Assembly (NCBI GenBank): GCA_004524535.1
Contig: SDNY01000107.1
Span: 1-12,409, forward strand
Direction: 5' to 3'
DNA from: Promethearchaeota archaeon
GTDB lineage: Archaea; Asgardarchaeota; Lokiarchaeia; Sigyniarchaeales; SOKP01
Length of the DNA: 12,409 nt
Position numbers and translations under genes: made by a program. The notes beneath the pieces are model-generated. The model made no database searches. It had not been told where the DNA came from and saw only the letters and a list, made by a program, of their open reading frames with translations. Below are positions 7,618 through 12,409 of the stretch, piece after piece; the stretch's first letter is position 1, and each line of letters begins with the position of its first letter.

Positions 7618-7818
7618 TTGACTTCTGAAGTCACCCGATTGGGGATGGGTAAAAGTGAAATGGTAGACATTGCTGAGTTCTTTAAGAAATTATTGATTGA
7701 TAAAAAAGATCCTAAAAAAATGAGGAATGAAATCGCCGAATTTCGCAAAGATTTCCAAGAGGTAAAATATTGTTTTCAAAATTCCAACAATGCTTATGAA
7801 TATCTCAAATTCTATTAA
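7618..7818 (+). pseudogene. glyA: Orphan second copy of the glyA 3' end (last 65 codons)
   Basis: Colinear, indel-free match to 5234-5431: 53/65 aa and about 152/198 nt identical by hand count. Homology stops abruptly at ~7620; an in-frame TTG lies at 7618. Confidence 0.92.
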
Positions 7819-7915
7819 TTATTTTATCTCGTTTTTTCACCTAACAACAGTAAAATTTATCTTATATTAGATATTTTTAACTATATTCTACTTATTATAT
7901 TTTAAAACGCTTATT

Positions 7916-8752
7916 ATGAATCTCGAAGTTCTTGAAAAAAATGAACAGAAGTTAATTTTTGTTATTGAAGATATCACTATTGAAATGGCAAATGCTATAC
8001 GACGGATAATCTTGACCGAAATACCAGTCTTCGCCATTGAAGAGGTAATTATTTTGAAAAATGACAGTCCTCTCTACGATGAGATCGTTGCTCATCGGTT
8101 AGGTATGATACCACTAAAAACTAATCTTGAGAATTATAATCTACCACGGGACTGCGATTGTGGTGGCTTTGGATGTCCATTATGTCAAGTATCTTTAACT
8201 TGTGAAGTGAACAACGATACAAATAAACCTTTAGTTGTTTATTCAGGAGATTTAAATTCAAACGACCCTAATATTGTCCCTACACATGATAAAATCCCAA
8301 TTTTAAAAATTGATAAAGATAGTAAAATCATTATAGAATGCTATGCGATTTTAGGTTTAGCTAAGGATCATGTGAAGTTTTCAGCGGTTTCAAATTGCTT
8401 TTACAGGTATTACCCAGTAATAATTTTTAATGAAGATGATATCAAGGATAAAGAAGAGAAGGAGCTTATCTCTAAAATGTGTCCAGTAAATCTATTTGAG
8501 CTTGTAAATAATAAATTAGAATTAAAGGAAGATTATTGGAAAACTTGCACTCTGTGTAAAGCGTGTGAGCAAAATTCTAATGGTAAAATCAAAGTAACTA
8601 CACAGAAGGGTAAATATATATTTTTTATTGAGACTGATGGTGTCCTTCCTTTTGAAGTGCTTATCAAGAAAACTTTTGAATTATTTAATGAGAAAATTGA
8701 CGAATTTATTACTAAGCTCGAAGAAATCGAGATTTTATCAAAAATTTATTAA
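7916..8752 (+). CDS. rpoD: DNA-directed RNA polymerase subunit D (Rpo3)
   Basis: ANAIRRIIL.EIP.FAIEEV...KNDS.LYDEIVAHRLGMIPL, CDC..GCPLC, G.AKDHVKFS, ferredoxin-like CP...CTLCKAC and FFIETDGVL. Confidence 0.97.
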   Translation: MNLEVLEKNEQKLIFVIEDITIEMANAIRRIILTEIPVFAIEEVIILKNDSPLYDEIVAHRLGMIPLKTNLENYNLPRDCDCGGFGCPLCQVSLTCEVNNDTNKPLVVYSGDLNSNDPNIVPTHDKIPILKIDKDSKIIIECYAILGLAKDHVKFSAVSNCFYRYYPVIIFNEDDIKDKEEKELISKMCPVNLFELVNNKLELKEDYWKTCTLCKACEQNSNGKIKVTTQKGKYIFFIETDGVLPFEVLIKKTFELFNEKIDEFITKLEEIEILSKIY

Positions 8753-8811
8753 ATTATTAAATACTTAAAGATTTAATTTTTAGAATTAAAATTAACAGTA
8801 ATTATTTACTC

Positions 8812-9165
8812 ATGTCTAAAGTTACCGGTCCATCGAATTATTATCATCGTAAACTAATTCGCGATCTGTGGAAAACTAAAAGAAGAATCTGGAAAAAACT
8901 TTCAAAGAAATTATCCGGACCACGAAGAAACCAAGTTGAAGCTAATCTTTATCGTATTAATAAAAAAACCAAGAATAACGATATTATAGTTGTTCCCGGT
9001 AAAATATTAGGATTAGGAGAATTAAACCATAAGCTAACAATAGCTTGTTTAACGTTTTCAAAATCAGCTAAAAAGAAAATTGAGGCTTCAGGGAGTAAAT
9101 TAATCTCAATTGAAGAATTACTTGAACAAAATCCAAAAGGGGAAAATATAAAAGTTTTTTACTGA
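8812..9165 (+). CDS. rpl18e: 50S ribosomal protein L18e (eL18)
   Basis: IWK...KKLSGPRR..VEANL.RI, IVVPGKILG.G, FSKSAKKKI and LLEQNPKG; canonical position after rpoD. Confidence 0.96.
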   Translation: MSKVTGPSNYYHRKLIRDLWKTKRRIWKKLSKKLSGPRRNQVEANLYRINKKTKNNDIIVVPGKILGLGELNHKLTIACLTFSKSAKKKIEASGSKLISIEELLEQNPKGENIKVFY

Positions 9166-9200
9166 AAAATCAAGAAGAGCAAAAAAATAAGGTTAATTTA

Positions 9201-9671
9201 ATGCTGGAATACACAATTTTGGATGCAAAAGATAAAATATTAGGGAGATTTTGTAGCCAAATAGCTAAGAGAGCGTTATTGGGAGAGAAGATTGTAATCA
9301 TTAATGCGAAGGATGCAATTATAAGTGGTAATAAAAGAAATATACATGAAAAGTATTTAGCGAAGCTAAACATTAGCACTGCGACTAATCCAACTCGAGG
9401 ACCATTTTGGCCGAGACGACCAGACACTTTTATGAGAAAAGTTATTAAACAAATGCTTCCTCGAAAGAAATTACGAGGTAAAGAAGCAATAAGGAGAGTT
9501 CATGTTTATATCTCAGAGATTCCTGAGCGATTTAAAGAGAGATATCAAAAATTAAATACTGGAGAAATTTACAATGCAGATAAAACACGCTTATCTTTTT
9601 ATAATAAATTCATTACATTAGAAAATCTATGTTTAAGAATTGGCTGGAAAAAAAGAGAAGTTGAGGCGTAA
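9201..9671 (+). CDS. rpl13: 50S ribosomal protein L13 (uL13), archaeal type
   Basis: LDAKDKILGR..S.IAKRALLGE.IVIINA..AIISG, RGPF.PRRPD and MLPRKK.RG.EA. Confidence 0.96.
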   Translation: MLEYTILDAKDKILGRFCSQIAKRALLGEKIVIINAKDAIISGNKRNIHEKYLAKLNISTATNPTRGPFWPRRPDTFMRKVIKQMLPRKKLRGKEAIRRVHVYISEIPERFKERYQKLNTGEIYNADKTRLSFYNKFITLENLCLRIGWKKREVEA

Positions 9672-9673
9672 AT

Positions 9674-10090
9674 ATGTCTGAAAAAACTAAAATAATTCAA
9701 TCATCTGGAAAAAGAAAAACTGCCATTGCCAGAGCAGTTTTAAAATATCCTGCGAAAGGGCAGGTAAAAATAAATAATGTGCCTTTAGATTTATATGAAC
9801 CAGAAATTGTGAGAGAGCGAATAAAAGAAATCATTGAAGTAGCAAATCATGAAAAACTATCGAAGTGTGATATTAAAATTCAAGTTCGTGGTGGAGGAAA
9901 GATGGGACAGACAGAGGCAGTCAGGATTGCGATGGCTAAAGCTATTTACAAGTTTATAAAAACAAAAACTATAGAGCGCTCATTTAGGGATTACGATGAC
10001 TCACTTTTAAGTGGCGATTCCAGGAGAACTGAACCAAAAAAGTTTGGGGGCAAAAAAGCACGGGCAAGACGTCAAAAATCGTTCAGATAA
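9674..10090 (+). CDS. rps9: 30S ribosomal protein S9 (uS9)
   Basis: SGKRKTAIARA, VRGGG..GQ.EAVR.A and D.RRTEPKKFGGKKARARRQKSFR. Confidence 0.97.
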   Translation: MSEKTKIIQSSGKRKTAIARAVLKYPAKGQVKINNVPLDLYEPEIVRERIKEIIEVANHEKLSKCDIKIQVRGGGKMGQTEAVRIAMAKAIYKFIKTKTIERSFRDYDDSLLSGDSRRTEPKKFGGKKARARRQKSFR

Positions 10091-11401
10091 TTACCTAATT
10101 TTTGCACCCAATTTATTTAAATCATCAATAAAAGTTGGATATGAGTCTTCAATAATATCCATTTTCTCAATTTTCGAATTATCATTTGCAAACAAAGCAG
10201 CAATACAGCATGCCATAGCTACTCTATGATCATTGGCATGATTAAATAAAGTCCCATTTAATGTTTGGGTATGATATATAGTTAATTTATCTTCTTTTTC
10301 CTTGATTCTAATACCCATTTTTGCTAATTCTCTTGCCATTACTGAAATTCTATCACTTTCCTTTAATCTCAGATTTGAAGCATTGTAAAGTGTTGTTTTT
10401 CCATCAGCAAAAGCACCTAGAACAGATAGTATAGGAAATAAATCGGGAATTTCACTACAATCAATATTTCTACCTTGTAATGTAGTGCCTCCTTTTACAA
10501 TGATTTGATTTTTATCTTCGTTAATTTCAATATCTGCTCCCATATCATGTAAAATTTCGATTATCCTTTTATCTCCTTGTGGATTTTGAACATCTAAGTT
10601 TTTTATGATTACCCTAGACTCTTCCGATGATAATACTGTTGCAGTGATAATAAATGCAGCAGAAGAAAAATCTCCTGGAATCGTATATGTTTGTGGTCTA
10701 TATCTTTGATTCCCTAAAATAAAATATTTTCCTATTTTTTGGGCGTTTAATTCTTCATAAATATTGATACCGAAAGAGTTTAATATGTCTATTGTAATTT
10801 TTATATAAGGATATGATAATAAAGGAGTTGTAACCTCAATTTCAATAAATTCTTTATCATCACATTTTAATAAAGGACTAACTAATAACAATGCTGTTAT
10901 AAATTGTGAGCTAATATCCCCTCGAATTTTAACTGTATTACATTGAAAGTTTTTTCGTTCAATGTGGAGGATACCCTCCTTTAATTTATATTCTCCGCCT
11001 AAACTTTTTAATGCTTCCAATAATGGAATAATAGGACGGTTTCTTTTCAAAAATTCCCCCTTTAAAGATAATCCTTCTTTAACAAAAAAACTTAATGCGC
11101 TAAAAATTCTTATTGATGTACCTGAATTCTTACAATCGATGGATTTTTTTATCGATTTAAAGGATTCTGCGGTTTTTTCAACGAGATAAGAATTTTCACA
11201 CTCTTTTACAATGTTTATGCCTAATAATTTTAAAATATTAATTGTTACCTCAACATCTCCAGTGACTAAAGGATTTTTAATTACTGAGACTCCATCAGTT
11301 AGACTTGCTACAATAAAAGCTCTGTGAGAATAGCTTTTAGAAGGGGGGGCTATAATCGTGCCCGTTAGCCTATCTTCTATCGGATTTATTGTTATATCCA
11401 T
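10091..11401 (-). CDS. aroA: 3-phosphoshikimate 1-carboxyvinyltransferase (EPSP synthase)
   Basis: PPSKSYSHR, NSGTSIR, ISSQFITALL, PGDFSSAAF, LRLKESDR and DHRVAMA. Confidence 0.97.
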   Translation of the reverse strand: MDITINPIEDRLTGTIIAPPSKSYSHRAFIVASLTDGVSVIKNPLVTGDVEVTINILKLLGINIVKECENSYLVEKTAESFKSIKKSIDCKNSGTSIRIFSALSFFVKEGLSLKGEFLKRNRPIIPLLEALKSLGGEYKLKEGILHIERKNFQCNTVKIRGDISSQFITALLLVSPLLKCDDKEFIEIEVTTPLLSYPYIKITIDILNSFGINIYEELNAQKIGKYFILGNQRYRPQTYTIPGDFSSAAFIITATVLSSEESRVIIKNLDVQNPQGDKRIIEILHDMGADIEINEDKNQIIVKGGTTLQGRNIDCSEIPDLFPILSVLGAFADGKTTLYNASNLRLKESDRISVMARELAKMGIRIKEKEDKLTIYHTQTLNGTLFNHANDHRVAMACCIAALFANDNSKIEKMDIIEDSYPTFIDDLNKLGAKIR

Positions 11402-11480
11402 TAAATAATTATTAGGAAATCAATAGATATAATATTAATTAATTTAATATGTAAGATTATAATATTTAGTAATCAATAAA

Positions 11481-11487
11481 AAGGTGA
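11481..11487 (+). promoter_or_regulatory. Shine-Dalgarno-like site for aroC
   Basis: aaggtga 5 nt upstream of TTG 11493. Confidence 0.6.
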
Positions 11488-11492
11488 AAAAT

Positions 11493-12409
11493 TTGGCTGA
11501 CAATACTTTAGGAAGGATCTTCAAAATAACTTCATTTGGAGAAAGTCATGGAGATTTGGTTGGCATTATCGTTGATGGAGTTCCTGCTGGATTGAACGTA
11601 GATACAGATTTTATTCAAAGTGAGCTTGATAAAAGAAAGCCTGGGCAATCAGGATTAACAACATCTCGCTCAGAATCAGATAAAGTGCAAATATTATCAG
11701 GAATGTTTAACCATAAGACAACAGGAGCACCAATTTGTTTAATTATTAGAAATAAAGATTTTGATTCGTCAAAATATGAAGAATTTAAAAAATATTTAAG
11801 GCCTTCTCAAGTTGATTATTCTGCCTTAAAAAAGTTTGGAGGTTTTGCAGATTATAGAGGATCTGGCAGATTTTCAGGCCGAATCACCGCAAGTTTTGTA
11901 ATGGCTGGAGCAATTGCGAAACAGATTTTAAAAAAATCTAATATTACGGTATTTGCCTACACAAAAAGTATTGGAAACGTAGTAGATGATGAGTCACATA
12001 CTATTGATGATTTTGAAAAAGAGATCCAATTGAGAGAACAATCAAGTGTAAGGGCTCTAAATGCTGAAAAATCCAAATTAATGGAACAAATTATAGAAGA
12101 CGTTAAAAATCAAAAAGATTCTATTGGTGGAACTATAAGATGTATCGTAAATAATTTTCCAGAAGGCATTGGTGGTCCAGTTTTTAATAGTATCGAATCT
12201 AATATAAGCAAAGGGATTTTTTCCATACCTGCGATAAAAGCAATTGAATTCGGTGCAGGTTTTAAAGCGACAGAAATGAAAGGATCTGAGCATAATGACC
12301 CATGGATCGTTAAAGATGGAAAAATTCAAACAACTAAAAATGATGCTGGAGGAATAATCGGCGGGATTTCTACAGGTATGCCTATAGAGTTTATTGTCGC
12401 AGTTAAACC
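11493..12409 (+). CDS. aroC: Chorismate synthase, 3' end outside the window
   Basis: Not in the ORF track; hand translation MADNTLGRIFKITSFGESHG...DGVPAGL...RKPGQ..TTSRSESD.V.ILSG...TTGAPI...DYRGSGRFSGRIT...DSIGG...IPAIKAIEFGAGF...GSEHND...NDAGGIIGGISTGMPI. An in-frame GTG at 11484 is an alternative start. Confidence 0.96.
   Translation, partial: MADNTLGRIFKITSFGESHGDLVGIIVDGVPAGLNVDTDFIQSELDKRKPGQSGLTTSRSESDKVQILSGMFNHKTTGAPICLIIRNKDFDSSKYEEFKKYLRPSQVDYSALKKFGGFADYRGSGRFSGRITASFVMAGAIAKQILKKSNITVFAYTKSIGNVVDDESHTIDDFEKEIQLREQSSVRALNAEKSKLMEQIIEDVKNQKDSIGGTIRCIVNNFPEGIGGPVFNSIESNISKGIFSIPAIKAIEFGAGFKATEMKGSEHNDPWIVKDGKIQTTKNDAGGIIGGISTGMPIEFIVAVK

Larger units (their letters stand above)
5432..7620. 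mobile_element. Accessory insertion (~2.2 kb) between two copies of the glyA 3' end; no mobility gene
   Basis: Bounded by glyA 5234-5431 and its homologue 7621-7818. It holds only non-core and truncated genes; no integrase or transposase is visible. Confidence 0.55.

Noticed and set aside
7621-7818. glyA repeat as a simple duplicated-assembly artefact or classic att core
   Set aside because: About 77% nucleotide identity with synonymous bias is too diverged for a duplicated read or an identical att core. A two-strain chimera cannot be excluded without reads.
8753-8811. tRNA gene between rpoD and rpl18e, as in some archaea
   Set aside because: The gap is 59 nt and almost all A/T; no cloverleaf is possible. 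No tRNA or rRNA was seen elsewhere.
9170-9427. 85-aa minus-strand ORF
   Set aside because: Antisense to rpl13.
10011-11189. Plus-strand ORFs 10011-10229 and 10962-11189
   Set aside because: They overlap rps9 out of frame and/or lie antisense to aroA; no independent support.
12078-12329. 83-aa minus-strand ORF
   Set aside because: Antisense to aroC, which the track missed because it runs off the window.

Overview
AT-rich archaeal chromosomal DNA, most likely from an Asgard (Lokiarchaeia-like) lineage. This is inferred from an Arf/Rag-like small GTPase, archaeal-type SHMT, RNA polymerase subunit D and eL18. Gene order: truncated small GTPase (-), hypothetical (+), YjbQ (-), hypothetical (+), TrmI (-), archaeal coiled-coil protein (+), glyA (+), a ~2.2 kb accessory patch, an orphan second copy of the glyA 3' end, rpoD-rpl18e-rpl13-rps9 (+), aroA (-) and a truncated aroC (+). 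The most unusual structure is the accessory patch (5432-7620). It lies between two 198-nt copies of the glyA 3' end that differ mainly at synonymous sites, and it is largely a mosaic of start-less gene pieces plus one intact membrane protein. Other signals are a strongly structured trmI/coiled-coil intergenic region, a His-to-Gln change in the chorismate synthase RPxH motif, and lengthened folate-pocket loops in SHMT. All alignments and counts were done by eye; no database searches were run.
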